Source of the DNA: the human T2T-CHM13v2.0 reference genome, Homo sapiens
NCBI RefSeq assembly: GCF_009914755.1
Contig: NC_060938.1
Direction: 5' to 3' (one strand)
DNA: 64,000 bases
Position numbers and translations under genes: made by a program. Shown piece by piece: positions 12,192-24,425 of this stretch; the first letter of the stretch is position 1; each line of letters opens with the position of its first letter. The notes beneath the pieces were generated by a model that searched no databases, was not told where the DNA came from, and saw only the letters and a list, made by a program, of their open reading frames with translations.

Positions 12192-13749
12192 GGGTGTGTT
12201 GAGGGTGTGTGTGTGTGTAAACCACCCCCTCTTCTTGTAAACAAGGCTCAACCTATTCTAAAAGAAATTAGAGTATTAGAGTCATATGAACCGAAACATA
12301 TGTTGAGATCAGTGGAAAATAAGTAGGTAATGTCTTAGGATGAGTATATATGTATACCTATGAAGACATGTGTATTTTAGTTCATTCAGCAAACACTTAT
12401 ACTCATCCCACTTGAAAGACATTGTGCTAGCTGGTGCAGAGAAACTCTAGGGAAAAGACAGTTTATGACTATAAGCAACACACAATCTGAGGACACATAA
12501 ATAATTAAGTTTAATATGAAGCAAAAACTGCCAAAAGAGAAGAAGAAGGTAAATGTTATTAGAGGACTCCAATAATTTTAAAGTTGATGAGCGACCAAAG
12601 AAAGTCTTGTTAACAAAGTGTGGTCTTCTATTATCTTTCTACCTTGTTGAGCTATTTCTCGTTGACCTAGCCAACATAAACACATAAGACTTTTCTGAAT
12701 CCTTAAACTTTTACACTTTAGCACAATTCCTTTTAAAGAAGCAGCTCCAGCCTCTGATCAATAAAACTAGAAGAAGCCATTCTAAAATTAATTCTTAAAT
12801 AATATCAAACACTATGCTATGGAACAGTATTTCTATTCTCAAAGGTAAGAGTGTTGGGGAAATATTCATTATTTTCGCAGATCTTGAATTCCAAGAACAG
12901 TTTGTGTCTCATAAAGTTTGTTCTTTAGGACTGCTATGTCACTCACCCTGACTGGTACATGGGAGTCCTAACACACTCATAGATATTAATGGGATACCTT
13001 TCCTTCCTACGCTCTAAACTACACTGTATATGGCTGTAGTTAAATTAACATTCAGCCATGACTACTTCAGCCTCCTTTTATAACCACATCATTAATAGAG
13101 CTCAGTGTGCATAAGGCTGCTCCAAAAGCTCATGTCCTTTGTGTGACTCTGTATTCTTTTACTGAGACCAGATAGACACTTACTAGGAAGGCACTACTGG
13201 GAAGCTGGGTAGTGGCCACGGTAGGGAGGGATCCTGTAAATTTGTCTTGACCCTTGGTTGCCTGTAGTATGCTTGATCTTTTGTTGCCTGCAGTATGCTC
13301 ACCCTTTGACCACTTAGAGCAAGATCTTCAGGAGTTGGCATTGTCCTATAAAATGGAAAGATGCGATGTTTTGCTTCTGTAAAGAATAGACATGAGGGAT
13401 CCTCAAATACCTTGAGATAATAACACACATATTTTTCAAAACAAAATATATTTTTACAGATGAGGACACAAATGGCATTTAGGTGACTCTCTCAAGGTCA
13501 CATAGTGAGTGGATTAAAAACTTCAATTCAAATTTCAGGGATCCTGAGTTAAAGCCTAGTGATCTTTTCTTATTCTTGTTCTTTCAGTGTTTTATTAAAT
13601 ATGCAAATATTAACCTACTCAATCCTCATAAAAACTCAGTGGTGAACTGACTGTTGGCCTGGCAGATGAGAAGTTTTACTCCCCCACTCTCCAGTGAAAC
13701 TGGTGAAAAGTATTTTTAAAGGCAAGTATTTAAAATCTCTGATGCAGAT

Positions 13750-13870
13750 AATTTTATTTCTATTTTATATTAATAAGCAAAGAACTGAGGCATAGAATGG
13801 TTAAGTAAATTGCATAAGGTCATGTGGAAAAGCTGAGATTCGAACCTAGTTGGTTGGTTCTAGAGCACAA
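13750..13870 (-). mobile_element. MIR
   Basis: GAACTGAGGCATAGAATGGTTAAGTAAATTGCATAAGGTCATG..GATTCGAACCTAG. Confidence 0.75.
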
Positions 13871-13927
13871 CCTCAGGGTGAGAATGGAGATGTAGTAGGC
13901 ACCATATTCCTAATCATGTTATTCTAG

Positions 13928-14137
13928 AGGAAAAATGGTATCCATGGGATATAACAGGTTTAGGAGTCAGTTAAATGGAGGTATCTAATTCCACAGATTG
14001 TATTACACATACAGATGTCTTTGGTTTGCCAGCATGACGTATAATTTTTTTAAGGAGATACAACCTTTCTAATGGGAAACATCACACGCAAAATACTTGG
14101 ATTTCTAATTGCCTTGACTGATTAAGAACTCTGGCAA
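13928..14137 (+). repeat. Copy B of the 210-bp direct duplication (partner 11982-12191)
   Basis: Same alignment; this copy continues into MER102-like sequence. Confidence 0.95.
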
Positions 14138-14245
14138 ATCCTGACCCCTCCTCATGAGCACGTGGCAGCTCTCAGCTGGAGAAGAAGGGCAGCAGCACCA
14201 CTTGGATGAATGTGTTCATCAATGTGTGCTACCAGGCCTGTATCA
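13977..14245 (-). mobile_element. MER102-like (hAT-Charlie)
   Basis: CAGATGTCTTTGGTTTGCCAGC...TGGATTTCTAATTG...CTGGCAA...CAGCTGGAG resembles antisense MER102. Confidence 0.5.
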
Positions 14246-14371
14246 TAGTATCCAAATGATTTCTCTAGGGCTTTAATTTCATGTCTTGCCCCACACTAAA
14301 ATGATGCCTAAATAAAGCTTATTCTGGGAGGAAGATTTATTCCTGGCAGGGGTGGGTGGTGGGTTGGCGGG

Positions 14372-14595
14372 GCAGACTTTGGAGTCAGACTAGCTGGTTG
14401 AAAACTAGATCTGCCTCTTACTCCTTGTGTGACTCTCAGCAAACTAAACCCTAACTTGGATAGCTTCTGCAAAATTCAGTTTTGTCCCTTATAAAATGAA
14501 AGGCTAACAGTAGCTGAGTCAGAGAATTCTGCTAGGTAAAACACATAGCAGAGGGCCTGGTATATAGAAGGCTTTTCATAAATAATATTAAGCAC
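14372..14595 (+). mobile_element. MIR
   Basis: CAGACTTTGGAGTCAGAC...TCTGCCTCTTACT..GTGTGACT..TAAAATG..GGGCCTGGTATATAG. Confidence 0.75.
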
Positions 14596-14659
14596 TTCCT
14601 AAACATTATTAAGCACTGCTTAATATTAGCTGCTAAGGTGTTATTGTACCTTTTGTAAT

Positions 14660-16350
14660 TTTTGTGATGAAAGGGAAGTGTTTATGAAAATTCCTAAAAG
14701 CACATGATAATAAAATTGTACACAACGAAAATATTGAGTCCTAGAATAAATTGATATGGAAAATTATTCAAAGTAGCTTTAGGTAGAGATGAGGAGATGA
14801 TTAAAAATTAGCAGTTTAAGTCATAATGGTGAAAGAAGAATAAAATACAAGTAAACGAAATATCTAGTATGATCAAGATCTGTAGAAATAAAAAGAAGAA
14901 AAAGCAAGGTTTTTGCAGAAGGAAAGAGAATGTGTACATTGGAACAGAAATTGGGGGGATGTTTATAGAGGAAGAAGAAAATAAATAAGGGAAAGGACAA
15001 AATTATCACTAAATAAATAAAAGGAAACTCCTCCAAAAGTCCAAAATAAATGAAACTCAAATGCAAAAGAGAAAAACAGGAAGAAATATTGTGTTTCCAT
15101 AAGTCTGTGGATTATGAGGAATCATGAAAAGGAAAAAAGAGGTTTGGCACAAAACCTTGAAGGATAAATACGAGCACATCACAATTGAAAAGAAGATAAT
15201 GAAAACAGATAATTAAAATGCAGAAGCTAGAGTTACAGCCTTTGGAACTCAAACTAAATAAACTTGTTTTATTGTCAGTCTGGAAATTGGGAAATAGCTG
15301 TACTGAGAGTGAGTATATCTGCAACCATCACATTAGCTGACAGGGCATGTAAACATTTCAGAGGTAAATGAACTAACCCTGAGATGGATGATTATGGATG
15401 TCAATTGTGGAAAGTGAGAGATTTGATTTTATAGCAAATGCTGCAGCCCCCTCTTCCTCTCAGACAATGGCACCAAGAAATACAAATGGATAGATTACTT
15501 AAGGATATGTCTCCCTTCCTTAAAGAAGAAAAATGGCTGCATTTAAAGAGAATATAAGATTTACTTAGAAAAAAAAGTCGAGAGGACTAAAAATAAATAA
15601 AACTAAACAAAGGATGCAAATATATAGAACCAATCTAAAACAAATACAGAATTTAAAGTGTTGACATGTATATACATGCAGAAAGGCTGAAAAATTACTT
15701 CTAAAAGATGAGTCACAGGACTGTGAGGGTTTATGTGTAAGAGAAAAAGAAAAGTTCAACTTTTCAAATCATTAATATCTTCCCTAAAAGCTGCATATAT
15801 TGGAAAATATACTTGGAAGATAACCTTATTCCTACAGAACAGGAAGATGATTCAACTTCTAGAAGAAATATCCAAGGTGTGAAAAATTTTCTTCCTTTGT
15901 CAGGACATCAGAGTCCATCGAGAAAGTTCTAGAGGAAGCACTCTGAGAAGAAGAAGTGAAGCTCAAACAATTCATAGGCTGAAGATATTTTTACTTTCAG
16001 ATACATTTAATGAGAGCAGTAGGGGGAAAACAAGGATGAGAAATTACCGCATAAATCAGAGAGCAAAATGAGGGCCATTTGTATTGACACAGTCAAACTG
16101 AAAAAAAGAAAAAGAGGAGGGTAAGGCAAAAATGAAGGCGCATGCTACAAACATCTTACTGTGTTCATGAAGAGACGAGAGGTTGATGGGTTCAGAGTGC
16201 ATATGGAGGGCAAAAAAAAAAAAAGATATGGAAAAAGAAATTGGATAACTTAACTGTTTCAATTTTAAGAAAAGGCCTTTGAAGAAAATTATACGGTTTC
16301 CCAACAGAAAAGAAGCCGAAGATGAAAAATCCAGTGATTCAATGTGAGAC
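14660..16350 (+). mobile_element. Highly decayed HAL1/L1M ORF1-like LINE remnant (tentative)
   Basis: Strong A-skew over about 1.7 kb, with patches resembling HAL1/L1 ORF1 (AAATTATCACTAAATAAATAAAAGGAAACTCCTCC; GACTGTGAGGG...ATACTTGGAAGAT); no intact frame. Confidence 0.4.
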
Positions 16351-17184
16351 CTCACTCCACTACCTGGAGACCGGATAATCAGTGAGTTGAAAAAGAGAGG
16401 TGTCCTCAGTCCCAGTGGTCTGACCCTAAACTGTATATCTTATTTTAGCTAAAAAATCATAAGTAAAAATGAAATAACTAACACAATAAAAGAATCTTGT
16501 GATCGTATTTTTAAAGGATGTTTGAGAAGGTATGAAGAACTAGAAGTGACAAACATCACTATCCTGATAAAACTGGTTTTCCAGGAAAAGATGCTAGTCT
16601 GACAAGGGGCAGGATGTGGCCCATGCAGTCCTCGGCCACTAAGCTATTTAGTGGATCGTATTCTGGTATCATGACAAAGAACATAGCTAAGGCTATTTTA
16701 TACCATTTAGGTCAAGAAAAACTTGCAAGGAGATGGTTTGTTAGATAAGTTGGGAACACATACGAATGTGTTATATGTCAGGTCTAGAGCCATCACCATA
16801 GGAATATGAAAAATAAATTAAAATGATAAGGGACTGAGGTGAAGCTGTTTGTTATGTACTTGTATATGACACCTTCAGATTTTTTCCAAAGAAAAAACAT
16901 GTTCGATTTGAAAGAAAGTAAATGTAAAGATGAAAAAACAAACAAACAAACAAACAAACAAAAGAGTGAGAGAGAGAGACTGATAAGCCGGATGGTCCCA
17001 GACATATCTTATGCAGCTGAGATCATCCTGGAAATAATGAAAGCAAAAGAGATGAGGTAATTTAACATATGTGACAAGTACACAACAAAATATGCAGAAA
17101 AGTACAATACAATAAAAGGAAAGGAAAGAGACTTACATTGAGACAGCATAAGGTGACAGATGATCTCTATGCCTCTTATTATTC

Positions 17185-17360
17185 AAATTTCACAACGGAA
17201 TTATAAAATATGTCATCATCTCCATTTTACACATTAGAGAATTGAGAATTAGGCAGGTTAAGCAACTTGTCCAAGGTCACACAGTAAACAAATAGAGAGG
17301 TGAAATTCAATTTGCTGTCTATCTTACTCGTAAGCTTTTATCTACACACCATTGCCTTTC
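17185..17360 (-). mobile_element. MIR
   Basis: TCCATTTTAC..AGGTTAAGCAACTTGTCCAAGGTCACACAG. Confidence 0.8.
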
Positions 17361-17706
17361 AAAACAAAGACATAAAAGTGAGAAATAAAGGGAAATACAA
17401 TTATATTGAAGCTGTAGAGTTGAAGGATGGGTGTATTGTCTGTAGAGCATAAGCCTGCAACAAATTTTTTAAAAAGAAGAAGGAAATGTTGGCAGGATTT
17501 CCACTTACTTGTCAGTTAAAAGAGAATTCTCTACAATATTATGCAAAGGTACATCTGACCACATGAATACTCAGGAACTGACCTGTGTGTTAAATATCCA
17601 TGCTAAAAGCATAAAGCTGTAATTTTGAGTGAGAGTTCCTGTTAAGAAAATATCCCTTTCTAAAATAATACATCATTAAAGCAGATTAAGTATTACTTGA
17701 CTTCTC

Positions 17707-17764
17707 TTTTGCTGTTATTCAAATTTTATTGCATTTTTTGTTGCTATTCAAATGTTATTGCATT
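17707..17764. repeat. 29-bp two-copy tandem duplication
   Basis: TTTTGCTGTTATTCAAATTTTATTGCATT / TTTTGTTGCTATTCAAATGTTATTGCATT. Confidence 0.85.
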
Positions 17765-18139
17765 GTACATTATTAAACTAGCAGTTGTCATTAAAGTGTT
17801 CCATTAGGAAGCTCTAGGTAGGACAGACCTGCTGTCCTCACTCAAAGATCACTCTGGGGATTGCATACCTGGAAAATGTTCATTCCTTGAGGAATCCTGG
17901 AAGGGCACACTGATGGATTTATATTAGGGCACCATACTTCTCTTTCTTCCCGCTGATGAAATAGTGCCTATACTTTGTCTGTAAGGGCACACTGTCTTTT
18001 TAATTTCCAGGAGTCATGTAATTGAACAATGAGATTAATAAAATGAAAATTAACATAGAATAAATTTGTAGGCATATTTTATTGAAAAAATTAAGAAATA
18101 TGTAAAGTTTTGGCATTATTTTTATAAACACTTTTATGC

Positions 18140-18434
18140 GGCCGGGCACGGTGGCTCACGCCTATAATCCCAGCATTTTGGGAGGCCAAGGTGGGTGGAT
18201 CACCTTAGGTCAGGAGTTTGAGACCAGCCTGACCAACATGGTGAAACCTTGTCTCTACTGAAAATACAAAAATTAGCTTGGCATTGTGGCAGGCACCTGT
18301 AATCCTATCTACTCGGGAGGCTGAGGCATGAGAACTGCTTGAACCCAGGAGGCAGGGGTTGCAGTGAGCAGAGATTGTGCCACTGCTCTCCAGAGTGGGC
18401 GACAGAGTGAGACTTTGTTTCAAAAAAAGAAAAA
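18140..18434 (+). mobile_element. Alu (AluSx-like), full length
   Basis: GGCCGGGCACGGTGGCTCACGCC...GACAGAGTGAGACTTTGTTTCAAAAAAAGAAAAA. Confidence 0.95.
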
Positions 18435-19087
18435 TTTATACACACCATAAGATGACATTTTGCATGGAATATATTAATGGATTACAGGTAATATTATAGG
18501 TAATATTTTTCTGCATTTCCTGATTTTTTACAGTAAAAATACATGACTTTTTAAAGTTTAATAGTGTGGATTCAAAAGAAATACCCATTTCAATTCACTC
18601 TCAGAGATTAAAATTGGGTTAATTATCATGCTGACTCAGGTAAATGTTGTGATTTTTCTAATACAGAATATTTATGCGCCTAACCAGAATGTATAAAAAT
18701 TTAGATGTCTGTTTACACCCTAAGCAAAAACTGTTGTAAACCAATTAAAATTATAGTCAAATGAATGAAACTTTAAAAGGTTTGTAGATCATGATTTCAA
18801 TTAGTAATAATAATAACAATTGCTATATTTACTGAGATTACTATAGGCCAGGCACTTTTCTAAGTGTTTCCATCACTTAACATGTTTGAATAATCACGTG
18901 ATATAGACGCTGTAATCATCCTAGTTTTCACCAGTGGAGGGGCTGAGGCAATGCTAAAACTGTTTTAATGACATTCTTGAAAATTAATTATAAGTTTACA
19001 AAAATAATGCCTTGTGAATGTTGAAATAAATCAGCCAAGACTGATGTTTCCATAGATGATCTTAAAAATATTTTTATTATGCATCTA

Positions 19088-19572
19088 CACGTACATTTAT
19101 TGCAGCACTACTTACAATAGCAGACTTGGAACCAACACAAATGCCCACCAATGATAGACTCAATAAAGAAAATGTGGCACATATACACCGTGGAATACTA
19201 TGCAGCCATAAAATGAAAGAGTTCATGTCCTTTGCAGGCTCATGGATGAACCTGGAAGCCATCGTTCTCAGTAAACTAACACAGGAACAGAAAACCAGAC
19301 ACCGCATGTGCTCACTCATAAGTGGGAGTTAAACAATGAGAACACATGGACACAGGGAGGGGAACATCACACAATGAGGCCTGTCAGTAGGTGGAGGGGA
19401 GGGGGAGGGAGAGCTTTAGGACATCCATGCAGGGCTTAAAACCTAGATGATGGGTTGATGGGTGCAGAAAACCACCATGGCACATGCATGCCTATGTAAC
19501 AAACCTGAACCTTCTGCACATGTATCCCAGAACTTAAAGTAAAATAATAAATAAATAAATATGTGAAAAAAT
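19088..19572 (+). mobile_element. L1PA7/8-like 3' end, 5'-truncated, with a 20-bp TSD
   Basis: ORF2 C-terminus (ORF 19126-19332) plus 3'UTR GGGCTTAAAACCTAGATGATGGGTTGAT; TSD ATATTTTTATT(A/G)TGCATCTA at 19068-19087 and 19573-19592. Confidence 0.93.
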
Positions 19573-20169
19573 ATATTTTTATTGTGCATCTAAAGGAAGC
19601 TAGAAAATATTTCTCCTTTCTTTATTGAAATAAAATAGTTTAGAGCACTCACTGCTCCCAGTCCCCATTCTTCAAAACATGTGCACGGACCACCTGCGTT
19701 GGAATCCTCTAGAGAACAGACCCAAATCCCAGAGGCTCAAAAGTCTGCATTGTTAAAATGCTTCCTAGCAATATTTACAACTGCTAAAATGTAATGACTT
19801 CTGAGTTTATGTGGGAAATCAGAAACTTTTTTAAAAAAAATCATGAATTTCTGATTTTCACTTTCCAGTTTGACTCAATTGCTTTCTTATGTGTTATTGG
19901 AAGTGAGATGTTCACAGCAATTTTTTTTTGCCCCACATATTCTTAGTATTCATCCCAGAATGCCAACGCCTCAACACTTCTTTCTGTACTTCCCCATTTC
20001 TCCCCTCCTACATTCTTGCAATTGCTGAGGAAATCGTGACTGAGACAGGAAGTGCATCTGCTCACTTGGGCCTAGTATTTCAGTGTGTGAGTTTACTTTA
20101 TACCTTCCACATCCCATACCTAGTGGCCATCTACACGGTAGTGGAATCAAATATCCCCATGTGGGAAGA

Positions 20170-21290
20170 TTTATTTGTTTCCTCAAAGGATACAGGAACC
20201 AAAAGGGATCCAGTGGGGAAGAAAAGAGACTAGCTGCTATCCTTCACGGAGCCAACATTCTGCTGGGAGAGGCAAGAAAAAATCCACAAATGAATAGAAA
20301 AATAAATAAGTATAATAAAAGTTCAGAGAGCGATAAGACCTATGTAGAAAAAATGTTATAAGGGCACAATTACTGAGTGACAGATGGAGTAGAAGATGCT
20401 AGATTAGAAAGGAAAGGCCTTCCGGAGGAATTGGCATTTGAGCTGAAATATGAATGAAGTAAGAAAGTGAGCCATCCAAAAACCTGGGGAAGAGTGTTCC
20501 AGACAGAGAGAAGAGAAAGTAGAAAGGCCTGAGGCAGGAGTGGGCTTGGCTTGCTCACAGAAAGCATGAAGGTCAGTGAACATGGTTCGAGCAATATGCG
20601 TGAGGAGGAGAGTGGGGTGACATGAGCAATAAGGTAAGGATTGATTCACGTGTGCCATTGTAGCCCATGGTGCTTGGATTTCATTCTGAGTGTAATAGAG
20701 ACCATTGGCCAGTCTTGAGCAAGGGTGAGAAATTATCTAATTCACATTTTAAAATATCGCTATAGCCAGTGTGTAGAGAATTATCAGAGCCACAAAAACC
20801 TGTCAGTAGTATGTTACAGTCCAGGTGAGAGAAGACTGTGGCTTAGTTGGAGTATTCACAGAATAGATGTTAAGACGTGGTCAGATTCTGTGTGTACACG
20901 TTTGTATTATGCAGTTAGAGACCACTGGAGTTGCTAACAGATGAGGAATGTGGGAGATAAAGAGGAGTCACAGATTTCTACAAGGTTTTGGTCCCATGTA
21001 TGAAATGTTGACGCTAGGGACTGAGATGGGGAAGGCAGGTTGCAGGAAGACTTACGAGTTCTGCTTTCGATACGTCGAATTTGAGCATCAGTTAGCCGGT
21101 CAGTGAAGAGCCAGTAGGTGGTGCAAGTCTGAACTCGGGGAGATGGGAGTAGAGATCCAAAAGACAGAGGCATGGGCGTGTAGATGGAATGCAAGTTCAT
21201 GACTCTGGATGAGATCACCCAGGGAGGAGTGTACACACAAATAGAGAAGAGAAAGATACATGGATTCATGTGGCTCAGTGCCCAGTAGAA
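20170..21290 (-). mobile_element. L2a remnant
   Basis: GGCATTTGAGCTGAAATATGAATGA..GAGTGTTCCAGACAGAG..TTGGATTTCATTCTGAGTG..GACTCTGGATGAGATCACCCAGGGAG. Confidence 0.8.
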
Positions 21291-23243
21291 AACTTGCTCG
21301 AGCCTGTTGTTCTGTGACAACGGGTGTGGGTTTTTAACTGCCTGCAAGTCACAAACAGCGTTGATCTGACAATAGGACCATGATATGTAGAATATAATAT
21401 GTATGTTATTGTAAATAAATTGGAATATAAATGTTACCTGTTAATGTCATACAACCTCCTTGAAAAGGCAATTATTTTTCTTTTTGTTGCAATAAAAATT
21501 TGTGTGAATATATTAACGCCCCACAGTACAGGATTCATTTTTAGCAGTGAGTTTCAGTTTATCCTGAGAGGCAGGCAGATTCACTTATAAAAACTGGTGG
21601 TACAACTGGGAAGAAAAACTACCCTTTTGAGTAAGTGCTTTATAAAGGCAATTAAAGCAGAAAGATGTGTTTATGGGCTTTCACCCTTCAAAATGGCTAT
21701 AGATCAAATTTATTAAAAATGTAATTTGGAAGAGAAGCTGGCAATACAGTAATAAAAAATGAAACTAATTTATCTTCAAAGTGTGTGGCGCTTTTAGCCC
21801 TAACCAGCCTAAAGACTTTGTTACCCCACTACAAGTAGGAATTGAAAACTGCTTTTCAATTCCAAAGCATTTTGTACTAGAATGTGGCTGGTGTTTATAT
21901 GGTCACATGAGAGGTTATTCTAATAGTTCAGGACAGAAAATATAGATATAATTTGTATATTTCTGAAACTTAGTAGGAATAATATTTAGGGTCTACTATA
22001 GCAAAGATAGAAAGAATTTGATGATGTAAACAAATCTACTATTAAAACACATGTATCCAAGTGGTTAAAAAAGGCAGTAACTTTTTGTATGTTTAAGTCA
22101 ATACTTTTTCCTGTTTTGCAAAGACACTTTCTCTTTTTAAATTTTTTTTTTAAATAAAAGAATATGTTTTAGATTTAGCAGGACACTGGAAATATGAGAT
22201 GCTTTGAAAATTCAAATGATAGTGTTTCTTAATATTTCTCCTACAAAATTACTTTTTAGAGGAATTCATCTTATTTTAAGAGGAAATGTATAAACTTTTT
22301 TTCATTCAAGAATAATGTTCCAGTGGATTGTTTTGTGTAACAAAAAGTATCATTTCCAACAGCATTCAAATTATTTCAAAATCCTATATTGAAACAAATG
22401 GAAAGGACCTAAAATTGGATGAAGTTGTTCACCAGTAAGGAAGGGGCAGCTTACAGAGTCAGTTTCACTGTACTGAAATAAAGAATGTCCTGTAGCATTT
22501 GTGGGTAGAGAGGAAGAGTCTAGTGAGCAGAGGAAACAGGTGATGAAATAAGGACAATGTGTGGTCACCCCAGTAAAATTAGTTGAACTAACTGTGTAGA
22601 CAGGAAGGACAATTCTGACTTCACATGGAGGCTCTGCTCATGGTGCCTTATGAGTATGTCTTCTCGGGATCAGCACTGTTGAGAAATGTAAATCCCCACG
22701 TTTCCTTTCTTGCCTCTTGCCCACATTCCTAAAAGATTACTCTTAACTGTCAGAGCTAAAGAGTAGATCTTCATCTTCAATTCATTCAACATGAAAAGAT
22801 TATTATTAATAGCACACTGAGCAAATAATGATTTCAAAGAGTCCTTGTTATTTTATAAGCCTGCCTACAAGGTGATTTCAGAATAAGAAATGTGAAGTGT
22901 TTATTTTATCAGAAATTGAATGTGCACTTGCCTTTCAAACTCTGTAACATCGTTGTAGTTAAAATAATTGAATATGGTTAAATGTCTACACTGATTGGAT
23001 TATCTTGACATTAGCCTGAATTAGCAAGTAAAACAATTATTTTTAAAATCCAGGTAGGTTTTATTATTAATTATAATTGGAAAGCACCATCCACTTAAAG
23101 TATTAATAATCACAGTTCTTCAGTGACATTAATTTAGAAAAAATAACAAAAATTTTTGCCTCTTCACCATTTATAGCCCAAACCTCGTGTAAATTAAATG
23201 CTGTATTTTTATTTTGTACAGACCGACTCACCCACCCACCCAA

Positions 23244-23280
23244 ACACACACACACACACACAGACTCACACACACACACA
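23244..23280. repeat. (CA)n microsatellite, interrupted
   Basis: ACACACA...GACT...CACACA. Confidence 0.9.
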
Positions 23281-24105
23281 TTCTCTGTGGTTTTCCTAGT
23301 TCAGGAAAGTGATTATGATCAAGCAACAAACAATAGTGGTTCTCCATTTGCTATGCTGACATTAAAATTAGAGAAAGGACATTTTAAAAGCAACAATTAC
23401 CACCCAAGTCACTATTTGGCTTCATATTTTTAGCTATAAAAATATAAAATCAAATAAGAAGGTTTTATGAGATCGAATGATTTTCCATCTCTGGGCAAAG
23501 GAGAGGAATAGCTGATTTGCTTTGTGAATATATTTCACCAGTGTCTATACAGAATGTGACAGTTACCGACTGCACAAACTGTATCCTTTTAGAAATGTAG
23601 TAAATTTAAAGCTTTTTATGAGTCTGTGTGAGCCAAAGACACGATAGCTGGAAAAATCACATGTTGAAAAGAAGTTTATTTTTACTTCAGTGTCTGCCTA
23701 ATAGTGCAAACCTCATCTTTGCCTGGAGGTGGTATATCTATGTAAATGAAGATGGGCTAATAATGTGAATATGAAATGGGATGGATCTTCTGTCTTAATT
23801 CGTGTGCTATTTTCACATGAAGAATAAATGAGAACAAGATATTGATTACTATAAATTTTGTTCATTTTAGTATAAATATGTCCAAACACATTTGAGATTA
23901 AATGGCAGTTATATTTCTTCATTGAATGTCATTTTCTCCTTCTCTTTGATAGATATTATATAAATAGATGCAGATAGGTCATAGATATAGAGATGTAGAT
24001 ATAGCTAGATCATAGGTAGATAATACACATATATAGATGAATAGATCATAAATCTACCGACCTATCTATAGCTATATATGAAAAGGAAAGAGAGAAAGAG
24101 AGAGA

Positions 24106-24425
24106 CCAAGGTCAGCAAATATCTCTGTAAAGGGCCAGATAATTAATATTTAAGGCTTTACTGGCAATATGGTCTCAGTCATAACTACTCAAGTATTTTT
24201 GTGTTGTAGCACAAAAGTCTTAAACAATATGTAAATGAATCAGTGCAGCTGTATTCAAATAAAATGTCATTTGTGGACACTGAAAATTCATTTCATATAA
24301 TTTTTATGTATCATAAAATATTATTTTCTTAAATAATTTCAAAATATAAAAACTATTCTCAGCTTGAGTTCCATACAGAAAGAGGCCGCAGGGCAGATTC
24401 GGCATGGGCCATAATTTGCAACCCA
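24106..24425 (+). mobile_element. MER58B (hAT-Charlie)
   Basis: GGTCAGCAAATATCTCTGTAAAGGGCCAGATA...GGGCAGATTCGGCATGGGCCATAATTTGCAACCC. Confidence 0.85.

Noticed and set aside
11580-12860. Plus-strand splice-like sites (TTCTTCTGCAG near 11635; AAAG|GTAAGA near 12845)
   Set aside because: Isolated signals with no coherent exon chain or recognisable peptide; expected by chance.
20934-21347. Longest ORF in the track (137 aa)
   Set aside because: Lies in a decayed L2 and has no recognisable intact domain.
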